NCBI RefSeq assembly: GCF_036321535.1
Contig: NC_087436.1
Coordinates: forward strand, 95,296,001 to 95,360,000
DNA length: 64,000 nucleotides
Reading direction: 5' to 3'
Source of the DNA: Camelus dromedarius
Lineage: Eukaryota
Under the pieces are notes generated by a model, which saw only the letters and a program-made list of their open reading frames with translations, had not been told where the DNA came from and did no database searches. Position 1 is the first letter of the stretch. Each line of letters begins with the position of its first letter. Shown piece by piece: positions 50,040 through 63,558 of this stretch. The position numbers and the translations under genes are program-made.

Positions 50040-50350
50040 GCAGGCCAGACTGGTTTTGGTTTGGGGCAGCATGTGCTCAGGGAAGGATTCCCCTCCCTGG
50101 CCTCAGCATTGTTGCTCCTAACCAGTCATTGCAGTCCCGGTCTCTTTTGCTGGTGACTGGTTGGAGAGTAGATGTGTGACCTGGTTCTGGCCAGGGGGAC
50201 ATGGAGGGAAGGGTGATGGGGCTTATTGGAGATACTTTTCTTCCTGATGAAAGGAAACTCTTTTAAGGGTAAGCCCCCAAACCTGCTTTAGAAGTTATGT
50301 GAAGGTGTGATGCTTGAAGCTATGGCAACCATCTTGTAGTCATGAGGGAA
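50040..50350. mobile_element. MLT1J/K-like MaLR LTR fragment
   Basis: CTAACCAGTCA...GATGTGTGACCTGGTTCTGGCCA...TGTGATGCTTGAAGCTATGGCAACCATCTTG. Confidence 0.55.
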
Positions 50351-50389
50351 AAGCAAGGTTTCAGATTTCCTACCAGATAGCTCTTTTTC

Positions 50390-50640
50390 CAACATTTGCT
50401 TTTAGCTCAAATATTACCTCTTCAGGGATGACTTCCTTGAGCACACAATCTAAAATATCCCTCCCTTCTCCATTCAACATCTAGTCATCCTTGTTCTTTT
50501 TTTTCTTTTTTTATCATTTTCCCCCATTAGAACCTGGGCTCTGTGAGAGCAGGAACATTGTCTTCACTCCTGTTTCCCAAGCTAGAACAGTGTCTGGCAG
50601 ATATAAGATGTTCCAAAAGTACTTTATTAATGGATGACAA
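50390..50640 (+). mobile_element. L2 3' end
   Basis: CTCAAATATTACCTCTTCAGGGA...CTCTGTGAGAGCAGGAAC...CTAGAACAGTGTCTGGCAGATA. Confidence 0.65.
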
Positions 50641-50952
50641 CTAAACAGTAACACTATGTTGAGACTGATTCAGAGCCTAGTGGACACAAGCCGCTACCAA
50701 CTCCACTTTCTCTTTCAGGGCTTCTATCAGTTATTTCCCTTTCAGACAATCTCTTTCTGATACACAAATACATACTCTTGAGATTCCTCTTTCCTCCTCC
50801 ACTCTCTTTCAGAGCTTTTCCAATCTCTCCTTCAGAAAATTTCTCCTTCTTATGTGATCATGGACCAAGTTACGGAGGAAGAAGACTATCATGTGCTCAT
50901 GAAATTATTAGCAATGCAGACACATCTATATTAAAGGATAACAAAGCCATAT

Positions 50953-52582
50953 GGGGTTTTTTTCCCCTTCTTTTTTTTCTTTCAGCTTTATTGAGATATT
51001 ATTGAGCTATAATATATGTAAGTTTAAGGTGTACAATATGATGATTAAATACACATGTATATTGCAAAATGGTAACTACAATAAAGGTAAACACCTCTAT
51101 CTCTTTACATAATTACCTTTTTTTCCCTCGGTAATAGTAACATTTAAGATCTACTTTTAACAACTTTCAAGTATATAATACTGTTTGTTTATTACTGTAG
51201 ATTAGATCCCCAGACCTTATTCATCTTATAGCTGGAAGTCTGTATCCTTTGATCAAGATCTCCTCATTTCCCCCACCTCCCAGCTCCAGGCAGCCACCAT
51301 TCTGCTGTTCCTATGAGTTTGGCTTTTTCAGATTTCACACGTAAGTGAGATCATACAGTATTTGTCTTTCTCTGTCTGACTTATTTCACTTAGCACAATG
51401 CGTTTGAAGTCCCTCCATGTTATTGCAAAAGGCAGGATTTCCTTCTTTTTTAGTGGCTGAATAATATTCCAATGTGTGTGTGTGTTTCACATTTCTTTAC
51501 CTGTTCATCCATTGATGGACATGTGGATTGTTTCCATACCTTGCCTATTGTAAATAATGCTGCAATCAACTGGGAACATAAATATCTCTTGAGATGGTGA
51601 TTCATTTCCTTTGGATACATACCTAGAAATGAGATTGCTGAATAATACGGTCGTTCTGTCTTTAGTTTTTTGAGAAACCTCCACACTGTTCTCCATAGTG
51701 GTTGCACCAATTTACATTCCCACCAACAGCGCACAAGGGTTCCCTTTTCTCCACCTCCTCACCAACACTATTTCTTGTCTTTTTGATAATAGCTATTTAA
51801 CAGGTGTGAGGTGATATATCAATGTGATTTTAATTTGCATTTCCCTGATAGTGATGTTGAGCACTTTTTCCATGTACTAGTTGGCCATTTGGATATCCTC
51901 TTTGGAAATGTATTTATTCAAGTACTTTGCCCATTTTTAAAATCATTTTTGTTTGTTGGTTTTTGTTTTTTTTTGCTATTGAGTTGTATCAGTTCCTTAT
52001 ATATTTTAGATACTAAGCCCTTCTCAAACAGATTATTTGCAAATATTTTCTCCCCTTCCATAGGTTGCTTTTCCATTTTGCTGATCATTTCCATTGCTGT
52101 GCAGAAGCTTTTTAGTTTGATGTAATCCCACTTGTTAATTTTTTCTTTTGTTGCTTGTGCTTTTGGTGTTATAGCCAAAAAATCATTACCAAGACCAGTG
52201 TCAAGGAGCTTTTTCCTCACGTTTTCTTCTAGTAGTTATACATTTTTTAGGTCTTACATATAAGTCTCTGAATTATTTAGTGTTAACTTTTGGGGTGGTG
52301 TAAAATAGGGGTCCAGTCTACTCTTTTGTGTGTAAATATCCAGTTTTTCTAATACCATTTTTATTAAAGAGACTACCCTTTCCCCACTGAGTATTCTTGA
52401 CTCCTTTGTCAAAACTTACTTGACTATATATGTGTGGATTTATTTCTGGGCTTTCAATTCTGTTCCATTGTTCTATGTGTCTGTTTTAATGCCAGTACCG
52501 TGCTGTTTTGATTGCTATAGCTTTGTAATATAGTTTGAAATCGAGGATTGCGATGCCTCCAACTTTGTTCTTTCTTAGAATT
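50953..52582 (-). mobile_element. 5'-truncated L1 (L1MA-like), 1.63 kb, with 12-bp TSD
   Basis: ORF2 C-terminal peptides KAQATKEKINKWDYIKLKSFCTA and [38 protein letters not shown] at 50941-50952 and 52583-52594. Confidence 0.93.
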
Positions 52583-52710
52583 ACAAAGCCATATATTTTG
52601 AAGTAAAATTACAAATTCTAGACTAAAGGCCACTCATCTCAAAAGCATTACAAAGGGTCCAGAGATTCTCTTTAGTATCTCTACAAGTTTTCATCTATAT
52701 TATCTCTCTA

Positions 52711-52750
52711 TCCATCCATCCATCCATCCATCCATCCATCCATCCATCCA
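52711..52750 (+). repeat. (TCCA)10 tetranucleotide microsatellite
   Basis: Read directly. Confidence 0.97.
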
Positions 52751-54576
52751 TCTAACCACCCAAATTAGGACTGCCAGGAAGTACTGAGGTTGAGTTAGGT
52801 GACCAAGAATTGTAATAAAGGTGAAACTGGAAATGTGTCCTGCACCCCTACCCTAGGAGCTCTCAACATTTCTAAAGCAGAAGGACAACTGGAATTGTTC
52901 TGGATTATGTTTGGCAGAACAATGCAATTGAAGGATTGTGGTACAAAAATAGTTGAAACATTGGATCTTGGAATCTAAGTTAGAGAGCTGAAACCGAAAG
53001 AGACTCTAGAAATCTGGCTGAAGGATCAGTGAACTGGACATTTCAAATAGGCTGAAGAGTGAGTGTGTTGGGAATAATGTAGTGAATGACCTGGACGGTT
53101 AGGAGGTGAGTAGCCAGAGAGTGAGGATATGGGAGCTTAACATTTACAGGCGACACAGTCCCAAGGTTAGCATGGTTCAGGGTGTGCCTATGGGAGTGGG
53201 AGACTAGAAGTGGGGTGAAAACAAGGAGACGAAGAAATAGAATGAATGGGGTATTAAACATGGTACCATGTGGATCCTGAAATTACTCAGAACTGTAGCC
53301 AAACTTGAGAATCAAGAGTAAGACCTAGGTCTTCTGGCCACATCTTCCATCCTGGAGAAAGAATCTCTAAGAAACTGGTGAATGACAGCAACTCGGAGAG
53401 AATGATTAGATATACCCTCCTTTTCTATAGTTAAAATCTGCTTTTGTTGAATCATGATTATTCAAATTAAAAATAACCACTTGTATTTAGTTGTTTTTAT
53501 TGGTTATTTTACCAGTGAAATATATCAATAGTTTTATTTTCTACTTTTTATTGCAAATATAGTATTTCTGCTTCATGGAGGGTTCAACTTGGCTTTGGGG
53601 AACTTTTTAGGGATCTTAAACATTATTTTTAGTATCATTTGAAAGGGAAATGAATTATAATTTCAAAATCAATGACCTACACATATAAAGATGTAGACTG
53701 TAACTTATTTCTAAGCTGGGGACGACCTAGATTTATCCAGTGCTGGGAGGCAAGGAATAGAGAAGGGGAGACCCACAAAGTAAGATAAAGAACTTCCCAG
53801 TTTTCATCCTGTTTTGGATTGAGGCTTACTCTAGATTTCCAACCCTTTCCTCTATGTTATGGAAAATTTATTGGCATTTAAATCCCTGCATTTAAGTCAG
53901 TTCGTTAAATATTGGTTGAACATTTACTATAGATCTGGGATGGGTGTAGGAACACGAGAAACAGTATATGATCCCTGTGTTTAAGGCAATGAGAGAACAT
54001 ATGTAATTGCTTAATTATTACACAATGCGGAATATAGTGAGTAAAACTTAGAAAAGAACCACGATATGAGGGTTAAAAGGACAAACAGGTAAACTGATTT
54101 ATTCGAAAGCTATGAGTATTCTTGTGGGGTTTAGGCTTCATCTTCAAGGCGCTTACAGATTTTGCAAAATAAATCACATCAGCCAGGAAATCCCCAAAAA
54201 TCTTTGTAGAGGAGGTTATACAGTGCTAGAACTTCACTGCTGGAGGGAGAGGGGACTCCACTCTGCATTTCAGAGTCTGCAGAGGGCCCCGGAGCCCAGG
54301 GTCCTCAGGAGTGGTGGAAGGCAGGCTAGGGAAGTTCAGCTGAGGCCATGCCTTGGGGAAAATACGACACTGAGGAGCTGTAACTTTTTCCAGCAGACGC
54401 TGGGAAACTATGGAAGGCTTCTGAACAAGTGAGTTGCATGGTAGCATATAAAATGACATTAAATGTAACTAATAGAAAGTTCCAGTAGTGCAGGACAGGA
54501 GGCAGGAACTATGGTGCGTGTACCATGGGGAGAAATACATATATACATGTATATATACATACATCATCTCTCTCAA

Positions 54577-54620
54577 TACACACACACACACACACACTCA
54601 CACACTCACACTCACACTCA
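54577..54620 (+). repeat. (CA)n / (CACACT)n compound microsatellite
   Basis: Read directly. Confidence 0.9.
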
Positions 54621-57600
54621 CCCAATTTCCCCCTGCATAACTAAGCCAGCAAAGAGGTGGTGTGTGAATTATGCTCTAGGACAGTGGCCTTGCTGCCTTC
54701 CTTTTTCTGCCCATTCCAAGTATGTTGCATGCTGACACCCAAACCCTGCTGTGTGACATGGGATGCGTCTCCCTCCCTGCGAAAGCCCAGTTGCACCGGT
54801 TTCCCTGGTACTCGCTGGGGAGGAAGACTTCAGCTTTTCATTCCTTAACTTCCCAACCTAGCAAGCCTGTCCACACTCATGAATGCTCTACAAGTTTTGC
54901 TGATGTGTCTAGAAAAAACAACTAGCATATGGTTGGATCATATGAACTGGAAAGAATTCTTCCTTGCCCTTATAATTCAAAAAGAGTGGCTAACAGCAGA
55001 CAATACTAAAGTCATAATAATGTCGTATGAAAGTGATAAGAGTGAGGGTGTTTTTTTTTTTTCCTTTTTGATGCTCTTTGGTGGTTTTTTCTTTAGTGGG
55101 CATATATTACTTTTGTAATAAGCATTTTTTTTTAAAATAGCTAAGAAATAAATGTGTACGTTGTGTGTAATTAAATGTAGGACCTCAAGCATAGTTTTAC
55201 AAGGTGGCCTCAGAGGTGTGGTTCTGCGCCTGTGAGTTCTGGGGGGATAGGAAGGAAGGGGGTCTAGGAGGTGAGATCAAGGGTGTGGGTGACCATCTCC
55301 TTGGTTGACTCTGGAGTTTTAACTGCTGCTTGAAGAGCTGGATCTGTGCAGGTTCTTGGAACTGAAATTCCTCCTCAAAATAACATGTATTTACTTTAAA
55401 AGCCACTCCAAAGAGAAAAAGTTAAAAAAAAACAAAGCAAAACCAGAAAACCTAGCGCACTGGACTGAATAGAGCTGAAGTTCCTATTTCTCAAGAGATA
55501 GAAATATGCTTCCTGGAGCACAAGGTCCACTCACCCTCTCCCCGTGGTCTTTCGCCAGGATCTGTTGATTCAACGGGAAACAGAAGTGTCAGCAGTTGTA
55601 CTGGATGTGAATTTGGGGAAGATTAGCTTCCCTCCCCATGCACCACCAATACCGGGGGGCTGTGTCATCCCAGCCAGCTGGTCTGTCTTCTCTCAGGTTT
55701 CTTGAAGCTACATTTGTTTGTCTCTTATTGTTCTTAAAGTTTTCTGGGTAACTATAAGCAACAGACCTTGTTAGTTCCTCTTGAGATTGCCCACTACTCC
55801 CCACCCTTATTTCTCACCTCCTGGCATCCTGTTTGTCTCCCTGACTCTGTCCCCCGCCCCATCCCCACCCCCACTCAGCTACCAGCCCTTTTAGCCATGT
55901 TTTTCTTCCCTTGGTTAGTTGCTTTTAAATCTGTTTTCATAAGTGTTCTCATACCAAAGGAGACACGCCATACGTTCAATTTTTAATCCACTGATTTGTG
56001 CTTTCTTCGATTGTGAATACCTCTAAATTATGTCCAGGTCTCCCTCCACCCCTTTCCTTGAAGGCACTGTATTTCCCAGGAGGGGATAAAAGGAAATATG
56101 GGGAAATTTGAACTATGTACAGGGCTTTTGGGGTGCTTTTTGCCTATTTAAGGTTATGTGGTTATGATAAGGACAAAATGGATCTACAGTGTACACTGTG
56201 TTTATGCTCCAATCAGTATAATCTTTAGTTTATTACATTTTACAGAATATTTTAGCCAGCCAACAGTTTTACATGAACTGTTTAGACTTATTTCAATTTT
56301 GTTCATTATTGTTGCAAATGGATCTCATAGTTATTGAATGTTATGGATTCTAGCACCTCAAGTTTAGCAGGTTTATGTGAAATATCTTTTAAAGTTTTGG
56401 AAGATCATCATAAAAGAAATTGTCAGTACCACTGGACATAGAATTCTGCCTAGCACTCACAATATCTTCATAGGAGAGGGAATTCACTTTCTAAAAAAAG
56501 GAGGGAAACACTTTGAAACTCACTGAATACAATTTTTGCTATACAATAATTTATCTAATCAATTTCCTTTTCGGTGCTGAAGAAAGATGAAGATTCAAAA
56601 GAAAGAGAAATTGATGATGGTGACATGTTAAACTAATTTCTTTTAATACTTTATGAATGTCTGAAAAGTGAAGATTTCTCCCGAATTCACACAATTTTCT
56701 CTCCTTTCTTATATGTTTGCTTATTTGGCAAAATTTTTCAAATATAATTCACTATCTTTCACTTAGTCCTGAGAAGATGAGGGCATCTTAAAGAAGGTCT
56801 CAAGATTCAGGAGGTGACAGGAATGGTCTTGATGAGGATTTATTTACCATGTTTCAGGAGAGATACTGTTGTTAGAATCTCAGTTTGCTTTCCCTCACCA
56901 AGTATCTCAAGGCATTCCCTGTTCTGCTGCTTTTGAAAGTACTTTTCCAAAATCCGGTCCTCAGGACTTTGTGCTTTTGATTAGATGGTTGTGCTAGCAA
57001 GTGAGCAGTGCCATTTGGATGACAAAATGTATCATATTTCTTAATGTATTTCCCTTTACTTTCTTCTGTACTTCAAACGAAAGTACATTAGATCATTTAG
57101 GACATTTAGATCCTTTAAAAAAATGTTCATTTAATCTAGACCATTTGATCCACATGACCCAACAATGCCTGATGCCCTCCCTAACAACACTGTGGATGAT
57201 GTTATTTCAATTCTAGGTAGTGATCTTTCTATTCCATAGTCTTTAGAAATTAGAAAAGGAAGGCAACGTTTCTTTAGCTCATTTGAAAGAAAACCTTTCC
57301 TGTATCATTATTTTTTTTAAATTATAATTCAAAATTTCTTTTTGAATCTAAAAAAGAAATCTTCCAAGACTTTTAAAAATTGCTTTTCTATGGTAGAATT
57401 ACCTCCTCTCTCAACTCCCCCTGCAGTTTATATTTCTAGTTAGCTTGAACTCCAGTACTTGTTTGTAAGCTAATTTGGGTAAGAGCTTCATCTTTTTTAT
57501 AGTTCCTGTTTCAACTCTTTATACTTGATAGACAATTCTATTTTATTCCAAGAACTAATTTCCTTGACCAAATAAATGACTTTTTTTGATTTGAGTTTAT

Positions 57601-59131
57601 TCATCTATAAAAAGATTCTGTGCTCTGATTTATATGGTATTGATTTGTATTTTTACACTTTATACCTTATTGCTTTAGTATCTCTGAATTATATTCCTGA
57701 AAATATAAGCTTTACTCAAAATAGTGTTATTAAAGTCTAATTTCCAAGAAAAATATTATAATTAAACATTATATTTAGACTATTATAATTAAAATTTTAT
57801 TCAAAATGTTCTCCATAAGAATGGAGAGAAAGTTAGACTGTGGATTAAATGAGGGACACTGATTAATATAGTCAAAGACTGCAACGTTCATGCTTACGTG
57901 TGAGGTAAGACTTTCCTTTCTCCAATTATCTTTATCATCATTGCTTGGATCCAATTAAATGAAAAAAATATAACAATAAGATTTTTTAAAGGTCATATGA
58001 AGATGAGATCAAGTGGTGAGAAAACAAGTGGAGGAATATCACACTCATTTTTCCTAAAGGTTTTGCATTATATACGCTGGGTCATGTTTCATATCAAGGA
58101 AATAAGAAAAATTATAGTTAAAAAAAAGTAATTAATTCTATGTGGTATTTCTTATGCCTGTGATTGCATAAACACACTGCAGCTATTTGCCAAGCCCACA
58201 GAGGCAGAGATCAAATGTTATTTCCACATCCTGCTGCTGATTTGGTTACCTGAGGTAAGTGTCCAATCAAAAAAACAGCCAGAGGAAAGAATAGTAAGAA
58301 TCCTTGGAAAGGAAACACCCAGCATTAATTCAAACAGACATTATACAAAAATACGGCTGGTGCATGTTTATTAGACTGATGTTAATGGTGACATTAACAG
58401 CGCCGCCGCTCTGTAACTGCAGTTCTCCATTTCCCACGTTCAGTGGGGCTTGTGCCCAAGTTGCTAAAGAGACTTGGATTTGCCAGTGCCTTCTCTGGCT
58501 CTTGTACTGTCAGGGCTGCCGTTGGGTGTGAGTGCTGACTCTGCTGTTTTCCAACCATTTAATGAAAAATCTATTATATTTGCTGGTCCCCTACTTAGAT
58601 AAGGGTAGAATTAAGTAATTACAAGGTCTCTCTCCTCAATTCAAAATGGAAACCAGACAGATATCTTCATGCAAAGATAACTGATGGTATGAGCAAGTAG
58701 ATGATATATATATTTTTAAAGTAGTCCAGATGAAGAGTGGTATCACTTTGGCTTCAGAGGGTCATGGAAGGCTTCCTGTGGGAGGAGGGATTTGAGCTGA
58801 GCCTGGTGTATCTGGAAGGGATACACAGACCACTGTGGTTCCCGCAAATGGACCCTGCGGACGACTCAGGGAAAAAGAGGTTGGAAAAGGAAGTGAGAGC
58901 TGTATGGACGGTGCTTCAGTTTAGGCCAAGAGTTGGGGACATCAAACAGTTGGCAACTTACTGTACCAAAGCTGGATTTTCCAAGACCAGCTTGAATTTC
59001 ATGACATTTGCCCTTTTCTTTTTTTTTTTTTTTTCATTTGCCATTTTCAATTAAGGTGATTGTTTAGTGTGATTTAATATTTAAAGCTTTACAATGCTTA
59101 TATAAATATACTTACATAACTTTTTTTTTCT

Positions 59132-59247
59132 GACTATGTCCTGATTTGGTATTTGGGAAATAGAGTCATTTATTCAGTCTTCAAATATCAGACTATGTCC
59201 TGCTTTGGTATTTGGGAAATAGATCATTATTCAGTCTTCAAACATCG
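59132..59247 (+). repeat. Two-copy tandem duplication (59 + 57 bp)
   Basis: GACTATGTCCTG(A/C)TTTGGTATTTGGGAAATAGA...TTCAGTCTTCAAA occurs twice head-to-tail. Confidence 0.95.
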
Positions 59248-59284
59248 GCCTGAAGATCTTGTGCTAAGTACAGGACTGCACAGT

Positions 59285-59405
59285 TAAATAGTTCAACAAT
59301 TATTTATTAGGTGCTTCCTATGTGTCAGGCTCTATTCTAAATACTCAGGGTACATCACTGAACAAAAAGAAAAATTTCTGTCCTCGGGGAGCTTTTATTC
59401 CAGTG
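59285..59405 (-). mobile_element. L2 3' end
   Basis: TTCAACAATTATTTATTAGGTGCTTCCTATGTGTCAGGCTCTATTCTAA. Confidence 0.7.
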
Positions 59406-59409
59406 GTAG

Positions 59410-59800
59410 ATAAATTTGCTAAAACTGCCGCAGACTGAGTGTCTTAAACAATAGAAATTTATTTTCTCACATATCTGGAGGCTAGAAGTCTGAGATCAAG
59501 TGGTCAGCAGAACTGGTTCCTTGTTAGGTCCATGAGGGCAGCATTTGTTCCGGATCTCGGTCCTTGGCTTGTAGATGGTCTCTCCCTATGTCTACATATT
59601 GTCTTCCCTCTGTACTTTTCTGTGTCCAAATTTCCTCTTCTTATATGGACACCAGTCATGTTGGATTAGGGCCCACACTAATCCTCATTTTAACTTAATT
59701 ACTTTACTAACGACCCTGTCTCCAAATATTGTCATACTCGGTGGTACCGGAGGTTAGGACTTCAACATACGGATTTGGCTGGTGGGGTGGGCACAGGACA
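59410..59800. mobile_element. MLT1 (MaLR) LTR
   Basis: CTTAAACAATAGAAATTTATTTTCTCACA...CTGGAGGCTAGAAGTCTGAGATCAAG...GGACACCAGTCATGTTGGATTAGGGCCCAC...GTTAGGACTTCAACATA. Confidence 0.85.
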
Positions 59801-60994
59801 CTCTTCGGCACATAACAAGTAGGCACTGATGACAGAGCAGTGAATGAAGCCTAGAACTCAGGTGGTCCTGGTGGCAGTGTGCCAGGCACTGTACCAGGCA
59901 TGCGGTGTGCATCACTGCGTTTCGTGCTGTAACCAGCCCGTGAAGTATAGCTATCCCCACCTTGCAGTGAGGGAACTCTGAAGGCAGACCACAGTAGTTT
60001 GTATGGGGGTTTACTTTCATGATACTGTATTTAATGTTTTCACTGGATTGAAACCTTGGAAGTGGAAAGTGAGCCATGGCTAAATGTGTAGGGCATAGAT
60101 TTATGGCTAGTTCAGATTTAGAACTGACCAATTTCTGAATGTTAGTATAGATAATGGAAGGGGTTTTTGTTTTTGTTTTTGTTTTTGTTTTTGTCTTTTT
60201 TTTTTAACATTAGGCTCTAAAAATAAAACCAAAGAAAAGAGTAATCTTTGATAATTAAGTATCTTTTTTTCTCTGCAGATAGTTCAATACATTATATTAT
60301 GTAATAACATATATATAATGATATGTTATTATAAGTAAACATCTATAGATTATATTATATAATAAAATTATTTATAAATTATGTAACTATCTAGTATATA
60401 ACTCTTTCCTTTTATATAGCAATGATCATTTTCCTTTTGATTATCTAGATTCAAATAAAGTTACAGGTCCTTTCTAACCTGTACCCTTGATTTAGCCCCA
60501 GACCAGCAAACCTGCCTTGGCCCTGCCTCTAGGGAGGGAATCCTCTTTATAGTATCTGTTTTGCCTGTTGATCCAACCATGCTGATCCTCTGGTGGACAG
60601 ACTGAGATTCAGCAAACATTACAGAGGACCAACCATCACGTGGCAGGCCATTTCACATAAACCCATGCTCCCCATAAATATGGAAAACCAAAGGGAAATA
60701 TAGTGCGTTTTTAATGAGCATCCATTTTATTCAATTATTTTAGGAGAAAAATGTTACATAAATTACCAGTGAATAATTTAAAATATAATTTAAATACTGA
60801 AACAATATACATGTATAGTGTGGTATAAAACGCAAACTTTGTGTAAACTTTCAAGATGAAACCTATTTCAAAAAAGTTGCTTTTGTTCTGAGTGTGCCTT
60901 TAGTTCAACAGAGATGTGAACCACACCCCCTCCCCCCTTCCTGAGGGGTTCTTGAGAGAAAACCTTTGAGAAGTTCTGAACACTATACCCATTC

Positions 60995-61550
60995 AAGCTT
61001 CATAGTAACCACGTGAGGTGTACTGTCCTCATTTAAGAGATCAGAAAACAGAAGCTTGGATAAATTATCTTGCCCTAGTTAAGACAACAAGTAAACAGCA
61101 GAGGCAGGTGTTAAACTCAGACTTCCTAACTCCAGTTGCAGGGCATTTCATATTGTACTGTGGCCACTCCTTGGATGAATAGGCCTTAATCCTCAGGAGG
61201 CCTCCCAGCTCTGCATCCCCCATGTCCCAACCTCATTCATTCATAGATTCATGCACTTATTTGTGCATTTAATCAACAAATATTTATTGGCAGCTTAACA
61301 TGTGCCAGGCTTTATGCTGGGCCCTAAAGACACAATGGTCAGTGAAAAGAGGCACAGTTTTTTTCCCTCAGGGAGCCTATAGTCTAGTGGGAGAACAGGC
61401 ATTAAACAAATAATCATCAAAAATTTTTGTTTATAAACTGTGTTAGGTATTACAAAGGGGAAAAGAGTGTCATGAGAGGAGAAACAGGTGAAATAATTTA
61501 GATTGATCATCAGAAAAGACTTCTTTAAGAAAGTGACCTTTAATCTGAGG
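60995..61550 (-). mobile_element. MIR fragment (~60995-61150) followed by L2 3' end (~61235-61550)
   Basis: GAAAACAGAAGCTTGGATAAATTATCTTGCCC (MIR); TCAACAAATATTTATTGGCAGCTTAACATGTGCCAGGC (L2). Confidence 0.65.
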
Positions 61551-62744
61551 TTTAAACATGATTTCTTTAGAGGAAAACTTATTTGTACTTAAAATAGTTG
61601 CAAATTCCCATCCTGCAAAACCCATCCCTACAATTCCCTGTCCTCCATCATTCCTTCTTTGTCTGCAACTAGATCGAATTCTCACCCTCAGCCATCACAT
61701 TTATCCTTTTCTATTATAGTCTTCTGACCATCCATCCGTCCATTCATTCATCAATTTATCATTCATCCATCCAGCCTTCACTGAACATCTGTCTACCGTG
61801 ACCCCTGGCACTACTGTACCCCTGATCCTTTACTTTTCCATCTTCTCTCTCTCTACCTTTTTCTCCTTTGACTGCTTTAACCTACCCACGCCCCCACTTC
61901 TGATTCTTGACTCTCCTGTTTTTGATCCACATTGTCAGTATTATACCCTTCCCAGTCCTTTCTGTCACTCCCTTCCCCTTTGACTAAACTATCATTTCTC
62001 ATCCTATTTTCAACAAATGGATTCTTTCCCCACATTTTTCTGAAATTTTTTTCTAATCAAGTACAAGAAAATTCGTGAGTTTTGTGTGTGTGATCAACAC
62101 AGTGACACAAAGCAAAGCTTCTGTCCTCAGGGTGTTCGCACCTAGAGGAAACAGATACTAAAATAAAGAGGCAGTGGGGCGCAGCAAGTGGTATAAGATG
62201 GGAGGTATGCCGCTGAGGATGTAATTTCATCCCTTAATAAAGAAATGCGGCTAATATAAAACAAACCTCTTTTTTCATCTGTATATCTGTGTGCATCTAT
62301 CACCTATCTGTATTTTGGATCAGTTCTTTCTTTTAACTGTAACTCCTGGAGGTGGTCAGTTCTATTTGTTTATAGCATCTGGAACTCATGGTCATCACTT
62401 CCTAAACTTTTAAAAGAGGCACATCCTCTTTAATGTGTTTGTTTTACCTCTTATACAGATGCTGAAATGAATTCAGAAATGCACAGCCCAAGGTTAACCT
62501 GCTTTCAGGGTCTCTTATAAAGTCATCTCTGTCCTTTCTGTCATAAACTGGGCATGAGAAATCCAGGTCAGCAACAGTATAGTTATCATGAAACTACTTA
62601 AGCAAACCTACCAGGAAAGGCTTCACACTTACCCCTCTATTTCTGTACAAGTCAGTTAAATCTAACAAATGTCCTTTGGAAAGTCTGAAGAGCTAGAGTA
62701 CACTATCTAGAAAATTCTACCTATCAAGAAAGGATAAGTAGAGG

Positions 62745-63330
62745 GGATTTCCCCTTCAAGCATGGTGTAGTAACAAGGACCAGACTTAACTGCCCACTAT
62801 AAATACTTAGAAAGTTGGATAAAATATGAAACAATGGCTTTCAGATGTTGGACAACAGTCTGCATAGGACTGTGATCCTTGAGAGAAGAGAAACAAAGTG
62901 AGCTTGATAATTGCCCTGGCTTTCTGCCTGGAAACAATTTCTAGACTGCAGATCTAAACAGATCCTGGCAGCCTTGCTGAGTTGATGAGATGGAGGTTGG
63001 AGTTTGGGGAGGCTGAGGTGGCTAGAAGTAGTGGGGCAGAATTCTGGGAAGGACAGAGCTATGCAGAGAGCCCCAGAAATGAGTAATATAAGGATCTCTT
63101 GTGTTTCAGCTGAAATACCATGACACAAATGTATAGAATGATAGTCCACAGGGCTGGGCAGAAAAGACTGGTGAGTTGTAAGCTAAATAAATCCCAGGGC
63201 ACACATGAAGTGAGAAAATGTTTGGAGTTGACTAGCCAAAGAGGTGAGTCCCTGTTCATCCTTGGAACATTCAATGGAGACCCTGAAGTAATCATACACT
63301 AGTAATGAGTCTGAACTATCCTTGTAGTGA
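62745..63330 (+). mobile_element. Old L1 (L1MC/MD-like) 5' end remnant
   Basis: GTAACAAGGACCAGACTT...GATAAAATATGAAACAATGGCTTTCAGATGTTGGACAACAG...GACTGTGATCCTTGAGAGAAG pattern. Confidence 0.55.
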
Positions 63331-63343
63331 AAGATCCTCTAGA

Positions 63344-63550
63344 CAAGGGATTGGAAACATTTTCTTAAATTTACAGAGAGCAAATATCTTTGGCTTATGG
63401 GTCATATGGCCTCTACCGTAACTACTCAATTTTGTCATTATAGTGTGAAGGCAGCCATAGACAATACATAATTGAATGGGTGTGGCTGTGCTCCAATAAA
63501 ACTTTACTAACAAAAACAGGTGGCCAATGCGGGCTGTAGTTTGACCTCTG
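63344..63550 (+). mobile_element. MER58A-like hAT-Charlie MITE
   Basis: GCAGCCATAGACAATACATAATTGAATGGGTGTGGCTGTGCTCCAATAAAACTTTA; flanked on both sides by CTCTAGAC. Confidence 0.85.
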
Positions 63551-63558
63551 CTCTAGAC

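Noticed and set aside
58398..58413. CTCF-like CAGCGCCGCCGCTCTG
   Set aside because: Mismatches several core consensus positions; much weaker than the 35574 site.
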